From: Nemertoderma westbladi
Taxonomy: Eukaryota > Animalia > Xenacoelomorpha
Assembly (NCBI GenBank): GCA_032718475.1
Contig: JAUCBJ010007667.1
Coordinates: 1-64,000 of the forward strand
DNA: 64,000 nucleotides
Direction: 5' to 3'
Positions 26,201 through 44,200 of this stretch are shown here, one piece after another. Each line of letters begins with the position of its first letter. The stretch's first letter is position 1. A program made the position numbers and the translations under genes. The notes beneath the pieces were generated by a model. The model did no database searches. It saw nothing but the letters and a program-made list of their open reading frames with translations, and had not been told where the DNA came from.

Positions 26201-29200
26201 GATCACCAACCTGTTATCTATCCAATCTACTCCGCTCATATATTGATGTATTATAGATCACCAACCTGTTATCTATCCAATCTACTCCGATCTATATTGC
26301 TGTATTATAGATCACCAACCTGTTATCTATCCAATCTACTCCGATCTATATTGCTGTATTATAGATCACCAACCTGTTATCTATCCAATCTACTCCGCTC
26401 ATATATTGCTGTATTATAGATCACCAACCTGTTATCTATCCAATCTACTCCGCTCATATATTGCTGTATTATAGATCACCAACCTGTTATCTATCCAATC
26501 TACTCCGCTCATATATTGATGTATTATAGATCACCAACCTGTTATCTATCCAATCTACTCCGATCTATATTGATGTATTATAGATCACCAACCTGTTATC
26601 TACACGAATCTACTCCGCTCATATATTGATGTATTATAGATCACCAACCTGTTATCTATCCAATCTACTCCGATCTATATTGATGTATTATAGATCACCA
26701 ACCTGTTATCTATCCAATCTACTCCGCTCATATATTGATGTATTATAGATCACCAACCTGTTATCTATCCAATCTACTCCGATCTATATTGATGTATTAT
26801 AGATCACCAACCTGTTATCTACACGAATCTACTCCGATCTATATTGCTGTATTATAGATCACCAACCTGTTATCTATCCAATCTACTCCGCTCATATATT
26901 GCTGTATTATAGATCACCAACCTGTTATCTATCCAATCTACTCCGATCTATATTGCTGTATTATAGATCACCAACCTGTTATCTATCCAATCTACTCCGA
27001 TCTATATTGCTGTATTATAGATCACCAACCTGTTATCTATCCAATCTACTCCGCTCATATATTGCTGTATTATAGATCACCAACCTGTTATCTATCCAAT
27101 CTACTCCGATCTATATTGATGTATTATAGATCACCAACCTGTTATCTATCCAATCTACTCCGCTCATATATTGCTGTATTATAGATCACCAACCTGTTAT
27201 CTACACGAATCTACTCCGATCTATATTGATGTATTATAGATCACCAACCTGTTATCTATCCAATCTACTCCGCTCATATATTGATGTATTATAGATCACC
27301 AACCTGTTATCTAACCAATCTACTCCGATCTATATTGATGTATTATAGATCACCAACCTGTTATCTATCCAATCTACTCCGATCTATATTGATGTATTAT
27401 AGATCACCAACCTGTTATCTATCCAATCTACTCCGCTCATATATTGATGTATTATAGATCACCAACCTGTTATCTATCCAATCTACTCCGCTCATATATT
27501 GATGTATTATAGATCACCAACCTGTTATCTATCCAATCTACTCCGATCTATATTGATGTATTATAGATCACCAACCTGTTATCTATCCAATCTACTCCGC
27601 TCATATATTGCTGTATTATAGATCACCAACCTGTTATCTATCCAATCTACTCCGCTCATATATTGATGTATTATAGATCACCAACCTGTTATCTATCCAA
27701 TCTACTCCGATCTATATTGATGTATTATAGATCACCAACCTGTTATCTATCCAATCTACTCCGCTCATATATTGATGTATTATAGATCACCAACCTGTTA
27801 TCTATCCAATCTACTCCGATCTATATTGATGTATTATAGATCACCAACCTGTTATCTATCCAATCTACTCCGCTCATATATTGATGTATTATAGATCACC
27901 AACCTGTTATCTATCCAATCTACTCCGATCTATATTGATGTATTATAGATCACCAACCTGTTATCTATCCAATCTACTCCGCTCATATATTGATGTATTA
28001 TAGATCACCAACCTGTTATCTATCCAATCTACTCCGATCTATATTGATGTATTATAGATCACCAACCTGTTATCTATCCAATCTACTCCGCTCATATATT
28101 GATGTATTATAGATCACCAACCTGTTATCTATCCAATCTACTCCGATCTATATTGATGTATTATAGATCACCAACCTGTTATCTATCCAATCTACTCCGC
28201 TCATATATTGATGTATTATAGATCACCAACCTGTTATCTATCCAATCTACTCCGCTCATATATTGATGTATTATAGATCACCAACCTGTTATCTACACGA
28301 ATCTACTCCGATCTATATTGCTGTATTATAGATCACCAACCTGTTATCTATCCAATCTACTCCGCTCATATATTGCTGTATTATAGATCACCAACCTGTT
28401 ATCTATCCAATCTACTCCGCTCATATATTGATGTATTATAGATCACCAACCTGTTATCTATCCAATCTACTCCGCTCATATATTGATGTATTATAGATCA
28501 CCAACCTGTTATCTACACGAATCTACTCCGATCTATATTGCTGTATTATAGATCACCAACCTGTTATCTATCCAATCTACTCCGCTCATATATTGCTGTA
28601 TTATAGATCACCAACCTGTTATCTAACCAATCTACTCCGCTCATATATTGATGTATTATAGATCACCAACCTGTTATCTATCCAATCTACTCCGCTCATA
28701 TATTGATGTATTATAGATCACCAACCTGTTATCTATCCAATCTACTCCGCTCATATATTGATGTATTATAGATCACCAACCTGTTATCTATCCAATCTAC
28801 TCCGCTCATATATTGATGTATTATAGATCACCAACCTGTTATCTACACGAATCTACTCCGATCTATATTGATGTATTATAGATCACCAACCTGTTATCTA
28901 TCCAATCTACTCCGCTCATATATTGCTGTATTATAGATCACCAACCTGTTATCTATCCAATCTACTCCGCTCATATATTGATGTATTATAGATCACCAAC
29001 CTGTTATCTATCCAATCTACTCCGCTCATATATTGATGTATTATAGATCACCAACCTGTTATCTATCCAATCTACTCCGATCTATATTGATGTATTATAG
29101 ATCACCAACCTGTTATCTATCCAATCTACTCCGCTCATATATTGATGTATTATAGATCACCAACCTGTTATCTATCCAATCTACTCCGATCTATATTGAT

Positions 29201-32200
29201 GTATTATAGATCACCAACCTGTTATCTATCCAATCTACTCCGCTCATATATTGATGTATTATAGATCACCAACCTGTTATCTATCCAACCTACTCCGCTC
29301 ATATATTGATGTATTATAGATCACCAACCTGTTATCTATCCAATCTACTCCGCTCATATATTGATGTATTATAGATCACCAACCTGTTATCTATCCAATC
29401 TACTCCGATCTATATTGATGTATTATAGATCACCAACCTGTTATCTATCCAATCTACTCCGCTCATATATTGATGTATTATAGATCACCAACCTGTTATC
29501 TATCCAACCTACTCCGCTCATATATTGATGTATTATAGATCACCAACCTGTTATCTATCCAATCTACTCCGCTCATATATTGATGTATTATAGATCACCA
29601 ACCTGTTATCTATCCAATCTACTCCGCTCATATATTGATGTATTATAGATCACCAACCTGTTATCTATCCAATCTACTCCGCTCATATATTGATGTATTA
29701 TAGATCACCAACCTGTTATCTATCCAATCTACTCCGCTCATATATTGATGTATTATAGATCACCAACCTGTTATCTATCCAATCTACTCCGCTCATATAT
29801 TGATGTATTATAGATCACCAACCTGTTATCTATCCAATCTACTCCGCTCATATATTGATGTATTATAGATCACCAACCTGTTATCTATCCAATCTACTCC
29901 GCTCATATATTGATGTATTATAGATCACCAACCTGTTATCTATCCAATCTACTCCGATCTATATTGATGTATTATAGATCACCAACCTGTTATCTATCCA
30001 ATCTACTCCGATCTATATTGATGTATTATAGATCACCAACCTGTTATCTATCCAATCTACTCCGCTCATATATTGATGTATTATAGATCACCAACCTGTT
30101 ATCTACACGAATCTACTCCGATCTATATTGCTGTATTATAGATCACCAACCTGTTATCTATCCAACCTACTCCGCTCATATATTGATGTATTATAGATCA
30201 CCAACCTGTTATCTATCCAATCTACTCCGCTCATATATTGATGTATTATAGATCACCAACCTGTTATCTATCCAATCTACTCCGATCTATATTGATGTAT
30301 TATAGATCACCAACCTGTTATCTATCCAATCTACTCCGATCTATATTGATGTATTATAGATCACCAACCTGTTATCTATCCAATCTACTCCGCTCATATA
30401 TTGATGTATTATAGATCACCAACCTGTTATCTATCCAATCTACTCCGATCTATATTGATGTATTATAGATCACCAACCTGTTATCTATCCAATCTACTCC
30501 GCTCATATATTGATGTATTATAGATCACCAACCTGTTATCTATCCAATCTACTCCGATCTATATTGATGTATTATAGATCACCAACCTGTTATCTATCCA
30601 ATCTACTCCGATCTATATTGATGTATTATAGATCACCAACCTGTTATCTATCCAATCTACTCCGCTCATATATTGATGTATTATAGATCACCAACCTGTT
30701 ATCTATCCAATCTACTCCGATCTATATTGATGTATTATAGATCACCAACCTGTTATCTATCCAATCTACTCCGCTCATATATTGATGTATTATAGATCAC
30801 CAACCTGTTATCTATCCAATCTACTCCGATCTATATTGATGTATTATAGATCACCAACCTGTTATCTATCCAATCTACTCCGCTCATATATTGATGTATT
30901 ATAGATCACCAACCTGTTATCTATCCAATCTACTCCGCTCATATATTGATGTATTATAGATCACCAACCTGTTATCTATCCAACCTACTCCGATCTATAT
31001 TGATGTATTATAGATCACCAACCTGTTATCTATCCAATCTACTCCGATCTATATTGATGTATTATAGATCACCAACCTGTTATCTATCCAACCTACTCCG
31101 ATCTATATTGATGTATTATAGATCACCAACCTGTTATCTATCCAATCTACTCCGCTCATATATTGATGTATTATAGATCACCAACCTGTTATCTATCCAA
31201 TCTACTCCGCTCATATATTGATGTATTATAGATCACCAACCTGTTATCTATCCAATCTACTCCGCTCATATATTGATGTATTATAGATCACCAACCTGTT
31301 ATCTATCCAATCTACTCCGCTCATATATTGATGTATTATAGATCACCAACCTGTTATCTATCCAATCTACTCCGATCTATATTGATGTATTATAGATCAC
31401 CAACCTGTTATCTATCCAATCTACTCCGCTCATATATTGATGTATTATAGATCACCAACCTGTTATCTATCCAATCTACTCCGATCTATATTGATGTATT
31501 ATAGATCACCAACCTGTTATCTATCCAATCTACTCCGATCTATATTGATGTATTATAGATCACCAACCTGTTATCTATCCAATCTACTCCGCTCATATAT
31601 TGATGTATTATAGATCACCAACCTGTTATCTATCCAATCTACTCCGCTCATATATTGATGTATTATAGATCACCAACCTGTTATCTATCCAATCTACTCC
31701 GCTCATATATTGATGTATTATAGATCACCAACCTGTTATCTATCCAATCTACTCCGATCTATATTGATGTATTATAGATCACCAACCTGTTATCTATCCA
31801 ATCTACTCCGCTCATATATTGATGTATTATAGATCACCAACCTGTTATCTATCCAATCTACTCCGCTCATATATTGATGTATTATAGATCACCAACCTGT
31901 TATCTATCCAATCTACTCCGCTCATATATTGATGTATTATAGATCACCAACCTGTTATCTATCCAATCTACTCCGATCTATATTGATGTATTATAGATCA
32001 CCAACCTGTTATCTATCCAATCTACTCCGCTCATATATTGATGTATTATAGATCACCAACCTGTTATCTATCCAATCTACTCCGCTCATATATTGATGTA
32101 TTATAGATCACCAACCTGTTATCTATCCAATCTACTCCGCTCATATATTGATGTATTATAGATCACCAACCTGTTATCTATCCAATCTACTCCGATCTAT

Positions 32201-35200
32201 ATTGATGTATTATAGATCACCAACCTGTTATCTATCCAATCTACTCCGCTCATATATTGATGTATTATAGATCACCAACCTGTTATCTATCCAATCTACT
32301 CCGCTCATATATTGATGTATTATAGATCACCAACCTGTTATCTATCCAATCTACTCCGCTCATATATTGATGTATTATAGATCACCAACCTGTTATCTAT
32401 CCAATCTACTCCGATCTATATTGATGTATTATAGATCACCAACCTGTTATCTATCCAATCTACTCCGATCTATATTGATGTATTATAGATCACCAACCTG
32501 TTATCTATCCAATCTACTCCGCTCATATATTGATGTATTATAGATCACCAACCTGTTATCTATCCAATCTACTCCGATCTATATTGATGTATTATAGATC
32601 ACCAACCTGTTATCTATCCAATCTACTCCGATCTATATTGATGTATTATAGATCACCAACCTGTTATCTATCCAATCTACTCCGCTCATATATTGATGTA
32701 TTATAGATCACCAACCTGTTATCTATCCAATCTACTCCGATCTATATTGATGTATTATAGATCACCAACCTGTTATCTATCCAATCTACTCCGCTCATAT
32801 ATTGATGTATTATAGATCACCAACCTGTTATCTATCCAATCTACTCCGCTCATATATTGATGTATTATAGATCACCAACCTGTTATCTATCCAATCTACT
32901 CCGCTCATATATTGCTGTATTATAGATCACCAACCTGTTATCTACACGAATCTACTCCGATCTATATTGATGTATTATAGATCACCAACCTGTTATCTAT
33001 CCAATCTACTCTGATCTATATTACTGTATTATAGATCACCAACCTGTTATCTATCCAATCTACTCCGATCTATATTGATGTATTATAGATCACCAACCTG
33101 TTATCTATCCAATCTACTCCGCTCATATATTGATGTATTATAGATCACCAACCTGTTATCTATCCAATCTACTCCGATCTATATTGATGTATTATAGATC
33201 ACCAACCTGTTATCTATCCAATCTACTCCGCTCATATATTGATGTATTATAGATCACCAACCTGTTATCTATCCAATCTACTCCGCTCATATATTGATGT
33301 ATTATAGATCACCAACCTGTTATCTATCCAATCTACTCCGCTCATATATTGATGTATTATAGATCACCAACCTGTTATCTATCCAATCTACTCCGCTCAT
33401 ATATTGATGTATTATAGATCACCAACCTGTTATCTATCCAATCTACTCCGATCTATATTGATGTATTATAGATCACCAACCTGTTATCTATCCAATCTAC
33501 TCCGCTCATATATTGATGTATTATAGATCACCAACCTGTTATCTATCCAATCTACTCCGATCTATATTGATGTATTATAGATCACCAACCTGTTATCTAT
33601 CCAATCTACTCCGCTCATATATTGATGTATTATAGATCACCAACCTGTTATCTATCCAATCTACTCCGCTCATATATTGCTGTATTATAGATCACCAACC
33701 TGTTATCTATCCAATCTACTCCGCTCATATATTGATGTATTATAGATCACCAACCTGTTATCTATCCAATCTACTCCGCTCATATATTGCTGTATTATAG
33801 ATCACCAACCTGTTATCTATCCAATCTACTCCGCTCATATATTGCTGTATTATAGATCACCAACCTGTTATCTATCCAATCTACTCCGCTCATATATTGC
33901 TGTATTATAGATCACCAACCTGTTATCTATCCAATCTACTCCGCTCATATATTGCTGTATTATAGATCACCAACCTGTTATCTATCCAATCTACTCCGCT
34001 CATATATTGCTGTATTATAGATCACCAACCTGTTATCTATCCAATCTACTCCGCTCATATATTGCTGTATTATAGATCACCAACCTGTTATCTATCCAAT
34101 CTACTCCGATCTATATTGATGTATTATAGATCACCAACCTGTTATCTATCCAATCTACTCCGCTCATATATTGATGTATTATAGATCACCAACCTGTTAT
34201 CTATCCAATCTACTCCGATCTATATTGATGTATTATAGATCACCAACCTGTTATCTATCCAATCTACTCCGCTCATATATTGATGTATTATAGATCACCA
34301 ACCTGTTATCTATCCAATCTACTCCGCTCATATATTGATGTATTATAGATCACCAACCTGTTATCTATCCAATCTACTCCGCTCATATATTGATGTATTA
34401 TAGATCACCAACCTGTTATCTATCCAATCTACTCCGCTCATATATTGATGTATTATAGATCACCAACCTGTTATCTATCCAATCTACTCCGCTCATATAT
34501 TGCTGTATTATAGATCACCAACCTGTTATCTATCCAATCTACTCCGCTCATATATTGATGTATTATAGATCACCAACCTGTTATCTATCCAATCTACTCC
34601 GCTCATATATTGCTGTATTATAGATCACCAACCTGTTATCTATCCAATCTACTCCGCTCATATATTGATGTATTATAGATCACCAACCTGTTATCTATCC
34701 AATCTACTCCGCTCATATATTGCTGTATTATAGATCACCAACCTGTTATCTATCCAATCTACTCCGCTCATATATTGATGTATTATAGATCACCAACCTG
34801 TTATCTATCCAATCTACTCCGATCTATATTGATGTATTATAGATCACCAACCTGTTATCTATCCAATCTACTCCGCTCATATATTGATGTATTATAGATC
34901 ACCAACCTGTTATCTATCCAATCTACTCCGATCTATATTGCTGTATTATAGATCACCAACCTGTTATCTATCCAATCTACTCCGATCTATATTGATGTAT
35001 TATAGATCACCAACCTGTTATCTATCCAATCTACTCCGCTCATATATTGCTGTATTATAGATCACCAACCTGTTATCTATCCAATCTACTCCGCTCATAT
35101 ATTGATGTATTATAGATCACCAACCTGTTATCTATCCAATCTACTCCGCTCATATATTGCTGTATTATAGATCACCAACCTGTTATCTATCCAATCTACT

Positions 35201-38200
35201 CCGATCTATATTGATGTATTATAGATCACCAACCTGTTATCTATCCAATCTACTCCGCTCATATATTGATGTATTATAGATCACCAACCTGTTATCTATC
35301 CAATCTACTCCGCTCATATATTGCTGTATTATAGATCACCAACCTGTTATCTATCCAATCTACTCCGATCTATATTGCTGTATTATAGATCACCAACCTG
35401 TTATCTATCCAATCTACTCCGCTCATATATTGATGTATTATAGATCACCAACCTGTTATCTATCCAATCTACTCCGCTCATATATTGCTGTATTATAGAT
35501 CACCAACCTGTTATCTATCCAATCTACTCCGCTCATATATTGCTGTATTATAGATCACCAACCTGTTATCTATCCAATCTACTCCGATCTATATTGATGT
35601 ATTATAGATCACCAACCTGTTATCTATCCAATCTACTCCGCTCATATATTGCTGTATTATAGATCACCAACCTGTTATCTATCCAATCTACTCCGATCTA
35701 TATTGATGTATTATAGATCACCAACCTGTTATCTATCCAATCTACTCCGCTCATATATTGATGTATTATAGATCACCAACCTGTTATCTATCCAATCTAC
35801 TCCGCTCATATATTGATGTATTATAGATCACCAACCTGTTATCTATCACGAATCTACTCCGCTCATATATTGATGTATTATAGATCACCAACCTGTTATC
35901 TATCACGAATCTACTCCGCTCATATATTGCTGTATTATAGATCACCAACCTGTTATCTATCCAATCTACTCCGCTCATATATTGATGTATTATAGATCAC
36001 CAACCTGTTATCTATCCAATCTACTCCGCTCATATATTGCTGTATTATAGATCACCAACCTGTTATCTATCCAATCTACTCCGATCTATATTGCTGTATT
36101 ATAGATCACCAACCTGTTATCTATCCAATCTACTCCGCTCATATATTGATGTATTATAGATCACCAACCTGTTATCTATCCAATCTACTCCGATCTATAT
36201 TGATGTATTATAGATCACCAACCTGTTATCTATCCAATCTACTCCGCTCATATATTGATGTATTATAGATCACCAACCTGTTATCTATCCAATCTACTCC
36301 GCTCATATATTGATGTATTATAGATCACCAACCTGTTATCTATCCAATCTACTCCGATCTATATTGATGTATTATAGATCACCAACCTGTTATCTATCCA
36401 ATCTACTCCGCTCATATATTGATGTATTATAGATCACCAACCTGTTATCTATCCAATCTACTCCGCTCATATATTGATGTATTATAGATCACCAACCTGT
36501 TATCTACACGAATCTACTCCGCTCATATATTGATGTATTATAGATCACCAACCTGTTATCTATCCAATCTACTCCGATCTATATTGCTGTATTATAGATC
36601 ACCAACCTGTTATCTATCCAATCTACTCCGCTCATATATTGCTGTATTATAGATCACCAACCTGTTATCTATCCAATCTACTCCGATCTATATTGCTGTA
36701 TTATAGATCACCAACCTGTTATCTATCCAATCTACTCCGCTCATATATTGATGTATTATAGATCACCAACCTGTTATCTATCCAATCTACTCCGATCTAT
36801 ATTGATGTATTATAGATCACCAACCTGTTATCTATCCAATCTACTCCGATCTATATTGCTGTATTATAGATCACCAACCTGTTATCTATCCAATCTACTC
36901 CGCTCATATATTGCTGTATTATAGATCACCAACCTGTTATCTATCCAATCTACTCCGATCTATATTGCTGTATTATAGATCACCAACCTGTTATCTATCC
37001 AATCTACTCCGCTCATATATTGATGTATTATAGATCACCAACCTGTTATCTATCCAATCTACTCCGCTCATATATTGCTGTATTATAGATCACCAACCTG
37101 TTATCTATCCAATCTACTCCGATCTATATTGCTGTATTATAGATCACCAACCTGTTATCTATCCAATCTACTCCGCTCATATATTGATGTATTATAGATC
37201 ACCAACCTGTTATCTATCCAATCTACTCCGATCTATATTGATGTATTATAGATCACCAACCTGTTATCTATCCAATCTACTCCGCTCATATATTGATGTA
37301 TTATAGATCACCAACCTGTTATCTATCCAATCTACTCCGCTCATATATTGATGTATTATAGATCACCAACCTGTTATCTACACGAATCTACTCCGCTCAT
37401 ATATTGATGTATTATAGATCACCAACCTGTTATCTATCCAATCTACTCCGCTCATATATTGATGTATTATAGATCACCAACCTGTTATCTATCCAATCTA
37501 CTCCGATCTATATTGCTGTATTATAGATCACCAACCTGTTATCTATCCAATCTACTCCGCTCATATATTGATGTATTATAGATCACCAACCTGTTATCTA
37601 TCCAATCTACTCCGATCTATATTGCTGTATTATAGATCACCAACCTGTTATCTACACGAATCTACTCCGCTCATATATTGATGTATTATAGATCACCAAC
37701 CTGTTATCTATCCAATCTACTCCGCTCATATATTGATGTATTATAGATCACCAACCTGTTATCTATCCAATCTACTCCGATCTATATTGCTGTATTATAG
37801 ATCACCAACCTGTTATCTATCCAATCTACTCCGCTCATATATTGATGTATTATAGATCACCAACCTGTTATCTATCCAATCTACTCCGCTCATATATTGC
37901 TGTATTATAGATCACCAACCTGTTATCTATCCAATCTACTCCGATCTATATTGCTGTATTATAGATCACCAACCTGTTATCTATCCAATCTACTCCGCTC
38001 ATATATTGATGTATTATAGATCACCAACCTGTTATCTATCCAATCTACTCCGATCTATATTGATGTATTATAGATCACCAACCTGTTATCTATCCAATCT
38101 ACTCCGCTCATATATTGATGTATTATAGATCACCAACCTGTTATCTATCCAATCTACTCCGCTCATATATTGATGTATTATAGATCACCAACCTGTTATC

Positions 38201-41200
38201 TACACGAATCTACTCCGCTCATATATTGATGTATTATAGATCACCAACCTGTTATCTATCCAATCTACTCCGCTCATATATTGATGTATTATAGATCACC
38301 AACCTGTTATCTATCCAATCTACTCCGATCTATATTGATGTATTATAGATCACCAACCTGTTATCTATCCAATCTACTCCGCTCATATATTGATGTATTA
38401 TAGATCACCAACCTGTTATCTATCCAATCTACTCCGCTCATATATTGATGTATTATAGATCACCAACCTGTTATCTACACGAATCTACTCCGCTCATATA
38501 TTGATGTATTATAGATCACCAACCTGTTATCTATCCAATCTACTCCGCTCATATATTGCTGTATTATAGATCACCAACCTGTTATCTATCCAATCTACTC
38601 CGCTCATATATTGATGTATTATAGATCACCAACCTGTTATCTATCCAATCTACTCCGCTCATATATTGCTGTATTATAGATCACCAACCTGTTATCTATC
38701 CAATCTACTCCGATCTATATTGCTGTATTATAGATCACCAACCTGTTATCTATCCAATCTACTCCGCTCATATATTGATGTATTATAGATCACCAACCTG
38801 TTATCTATCCAATCTACTCCGATCTATATTGATGTATTATAGATCACCAACCTGTTATCTATCCAATCTACTCCGATCTATATTGATGTATTATAGATCA
38901 CCAACCTGTTATCTATCCAATCTACTCCGATCTATATTGATGTATTATAGATCACCAACCTGTTATCTATCCAATCTACTCCGCTCATATATTGATGTAT
39001 TATAGATCACCAACCTGTTATCTATCCAATCTACTCCGATCTATATTGCTGTATTATAGATCACCAACCTGTTATCTATCCAATCTACTCCGATCTATAT
39101 TGCTGTATTATAGATCACCAACCTGTTATCTATCCAATCTACTCCGATCTATATTGCTGTATTATAGATCACCAACCTGTTATCTATCCAATCTACTCCG
39201 ATCTATATTGCTGTATTATAGATCACCAACCTGTTATCTATCCAATCTACTCCGCTCATATATTGATGTATTATAGATCACCAACCTGTTATCTATCCAA
39301 TCTACTCCGCTCATATATTGCTGTATTATAGATCACCAACCTGTTATCTATCCAATCTACTCCGCTCATATATTGCTGTATTATAGATCACCAACCTGTT
39401 ATCTATCCAATCTACTCCGATCTATATTGATGTATTATAGATCACCAACCTGTTATCTATCCAATCTACTCCGCTCATATATTGCTGTATTATAGATCAC
39501 CAACCTGTTATCTATCCAATCTACTCCGCTCATATATTGATGTATTATAGATCACCAACCTGTTATCTATCCAATCTACTCCGATCTATATTGCTGTATT
39601 ATAGATCACCAACCTGTTATCTATCCAATCTACTCCGATCTATATTGCTGTATTATAGATCACCAACCTGTTATCTATCCAATCTACTCCGATCTATATT
39701 GCTGTATTATAGATCACCAACCTGTTATCTATCCAATCTACTCCGATCTATATTGCTGTATTATAGATCACCAACCTGTTATCTATCCAATCTACTCCGC
39801 TCATATATTGATGTATTATAGATCACCAACCTGTTATCTATCCAATCTACTCCGCTCATATATTGCTGTATTATAGATCACCAACCTGTTATCTATCCAA
39901 TCTACTCCGCTCATATATTGATGTATTATAGATCACCAACCTGTTATCTATCCAATCTACTCCGATCTATATTGATGTATTATAGATCACCAACCTGTTA
40001 TCTATCCAATCTACTCCGCTCATATATTGCTGTATTATAGATCACCAACCTGTTATCTATCCAATCTACTCCGATCTATATTGATGTATTATAGATCACC
40101 AACCTGTTATCTATCCAATCTACTCCGCTCATATATTGATGTATTATAGATCACCAACCTGTTATCTATCCAATCTACTCCGCTCATATATTGCTGTATT
40201 ATAGATCACCAACCTGTTATCTATCCAATCTACTCCGATCTATATTGCTGTATTATAGATCACCAACCTGTTATCTATCCAATCTACTCCGCTCATATAT
40301 TGATGTATTATAGATCACCAACCTGTTATCTATCCAATCTACTCCGATCTATATTGATGTATTATAGATCACCAACCTGTTATCTATCCAATCTACTCCG
40401 CTCATATATTGCTGTATTATAGATCACCAACCTGTTATCTATCCAATCTACTCCGCTCATATATTGCTGTATTATAGATCACCAACCTGTTATCTATCCA
40501 ATCTACTCCGATCTATATTGATGTATTATAGATCACCAACCTGTTATCTATCCAATCTACTCCGCTCATATATTGCTGTATTATAGATCACCAACCTGTT
40601 ATCTATCCAATCTACTCCGATCTATATTGATGTATTATAGATCACCAACCTGTTATCTATCCAATCTACTCCGCTCATATATTGCTGTATTATAGATCAC
40701 CAACCTGTTATCTATCCAATCTACTCCGCTCATATATTGATGTATTATAGATCACCAACCTGTTATCTATCCAATCTACTCCGATCTATATTGATGTATT
40801 ATAGATCACCAACCTGTTATCTATCCAATCTACTCCGCTCATATATTGATGTATTATAGATCACCAACCTGTTATCTATCCAATCTACTCCGCTCATATA
40901 TTGCTGTATTATAGATCACCAACCTGTTATCTATCCAATCTACTCCGATCTATATTGATGTATTATAGATCACCAACCTGTTATCTATCCAATCTACTCC
41001 GATCTATATTGCTGTATTATAGATCACCAACCTGTTATCTATCCAATCTACTCCGATCTATATTGCTGTATTATAGATCACCAACCTGTTATCTATCCAA
41101 TCTACTCCGATCTATATTGATGTATTATAGATCACCAACCTGTTATCTATCCAATCTACTCCGCTCATATATTGATGTATTATAGATCACCAACCTGTTA

Positions 41201-44200
41201 TCTATCCAATCTACTCCGCTCATATATTGATGTATTATAGATCACCAACCTGTTATCTATCCAATCTACTCCGCTCATATATTGCTGTATTATAGATCAC
41301 CAACCTGTTATCTATCCAATCTACTCCGCTCATATATTGCTGTATTATAGATCACCAACCTGTTATCTATCCAATCTACTCCGCTCATATATTGATGTAT
41401 TATAGATCACCAACCTGTTATCTATCCAATCTACTCCGATCTATATTGATGTATTATAGATCACCAACCTGTTATCTATCCAATCTACTCCGCTCATATA
41501 TTGATGTATTATAGATCACCAACCTGTTATCTATCCAATCTACTCCGCTCATATATTGATGTATTATAGATCACCAACCTGTTATCTATCCAATCTACTC
41601 CGCTCATATATTGATGTATTATAGATCACCAACCTGTTATCTATCCAATCTACTCCGCTCATATATTGCTGTATTATAGATCACCAACCTGTTATCTATC
41701 CAATCTACTCCGCTCATATATTGATGTATTATAGATCACCAACCTGTTATCTATCCAATCTACTCCGCTCATATATTGCTGTATTATAGATCACCAACCT
41801 GTTATCTATCCAATCTACTCCGCTCATATATTGATGTATTATAGATCACCAACCTGTTATCTATCCAATCTACTCCGCTCATATATTGCTGTATTATAGA
41901 TCACCAACCTGTTATCTATCCAATCTACTCCGATCTATATTGATGTATTATAGATCACCAACCTGTTATCTATCCAATCTACTCCGATCTATATTGCTGT
42001 ATTATAGATCACCAACCTGTTATCTATCCAATCTACTCCGCTCATATATTGCTGTATTATAGATCACCAACCTGTTATCTATCCAATCTACTCCGATCTA
42101 TATTGCTGTATTATAGATCACCAACCTGTTATCTATCCAATCTACTCCGATCTATATTGCTGTATTATAGATCACCAACCTGTTATCTATCCAATCTACT
42201 CCGATCTATATTGATGTATTATAGATCACCAACCTGTTATCTATCCAATCTACTCCGCTCATATATTGCTGTATTATAGATCACCAACCTGTTATCTATC
42301 CAATCTACTCCGATCTATATTGCTGTATTATAGATCACCAACCTGTTATCTATCCAATCTACTCCGATCTATATTGCTGTATTATAGATCACCAACCTGT
42401 TATCTATCCAATCTACTCCGCTCATATATTGCTGTATTATAGATCACCAACCTGTTATCTATCCAATCTACTCCGATCTATATTGCTGTATTATAGATCA
42501 CCAACCTGTTATCTATCCAATCTACTCCGATCTATATTGCTGTATTATAGATCACCAACCTGTTATCTATCCAATCTACTCCGATCTATATTGATGTATT
42601 ATAGATCACCAACCTGTTATCTATCCAATCTACTCCGCTCATATATTGATGTATTATAGATCACCAACCTGTTATCTATCCAATCTACTCCGCTCATATA
42701 TTGCTGTATTATAGATCACCAACCTGTTATCTATCCAATCTACTCCGCTCATATATTGCTGTATTATAGATCACCAACCTGTTATCTATCCAATCTACTC
42801 CGATCTATATTGCTGTATTATAGATCACCAACCTGTTATCTAACCAATCTACTCCGATCTATATTGATGTATTATAGATCACCAACCTGTTATCTATCCA
42901 ATCTACTCCGCTCATATATTGATGTATTATAGATCACCAACCTGTTATCTATCCAATCTACTCCGCTCATATATTGCTGTATTATAGATCACCAACCTGT
43001 TATCTATCCAATCTACTCCGCTCATATATTGCTGTATTATAGATCACCAACCTGTTATCTATCCAATCTACTCCGATCTATATTGCTGTATTATAGATCA
43101 CCAACCTGTTATCTATCCAATCTACTCCGATCTATATTGCTGTATTATAGATCACCAACCTGTTATCTATCCAATCTACTCCGATCTATATTGATGTATT
43201 ATAGATCACCAACCTGTTATCTATCCAATCTACTCCGCTCATATATTGATGTATTATAGATCACCAACCTGTTATCTATCCAATCTACTCCGCTCATATA
43301 TTGCTGTATTATAGATCACCAACCTGTTATCTATCCAATCTACTCCGATCTATATTGATGTATTATAGATCACCAACCTGTTATCTATCCAATCTACTCC
43401 GATCTATATTGCTGTATTATAGATCACCAACCTGTTATCTATCCAATCTACTCCGATCTATATTGCTGTATTATAGATCACCAACCTGTTATCTATCCAA
43501 TCTACTCCGATCTATATTGATGTATTATAGATCACCAACCTGTTATCTATCCAATCTACTCCGATCTATATTGATGTATTATAGATCACCAACCTGTTAT
43601 CTATCCAATCTACTCCGCTCATATATTGATGTATTATAGATCACCAACCTGTTATCTATCCAATCTACTCCGCTCATATATTGATGTATTATAGATCACC
43701 AACCTGTTATCTATCCAATCTACTCCGCTCATATATTGCTGTATTATAGATCACCAACCTGTTATCTATCCAATCTACTCCGATCTATATTGATGTATTA
43801 TAGATCACCAACCTGTTATCTATCCAATCTACTCCGCTCATATATTGATGTATTATAGATCACCAACCTGTTATCTATCCAATCTACTCCGATCTATATT
43901 GATGTATTATAGATCACCAACCTGTTATCTATCCAATCTACTCCGCTCATATATTGATGTATTATAGATCACCAACCTGTTATCTATCCAATCTACTCCG
44001 CTCATATATTGATGTATTATAGATCACCAACCTGTTATCTATCCAATCTACTCCGCTCATATATTGATGTATTATAGATCACCAACCTGTTATCTATCCA
44101 ATCTACTCCGCTCATATATTGCTGTATTATAGATCACCAACCTGTTATCTATCCAATCTACTCCGATCTATATTGATGTATTATAGATCACCAACCTGTT

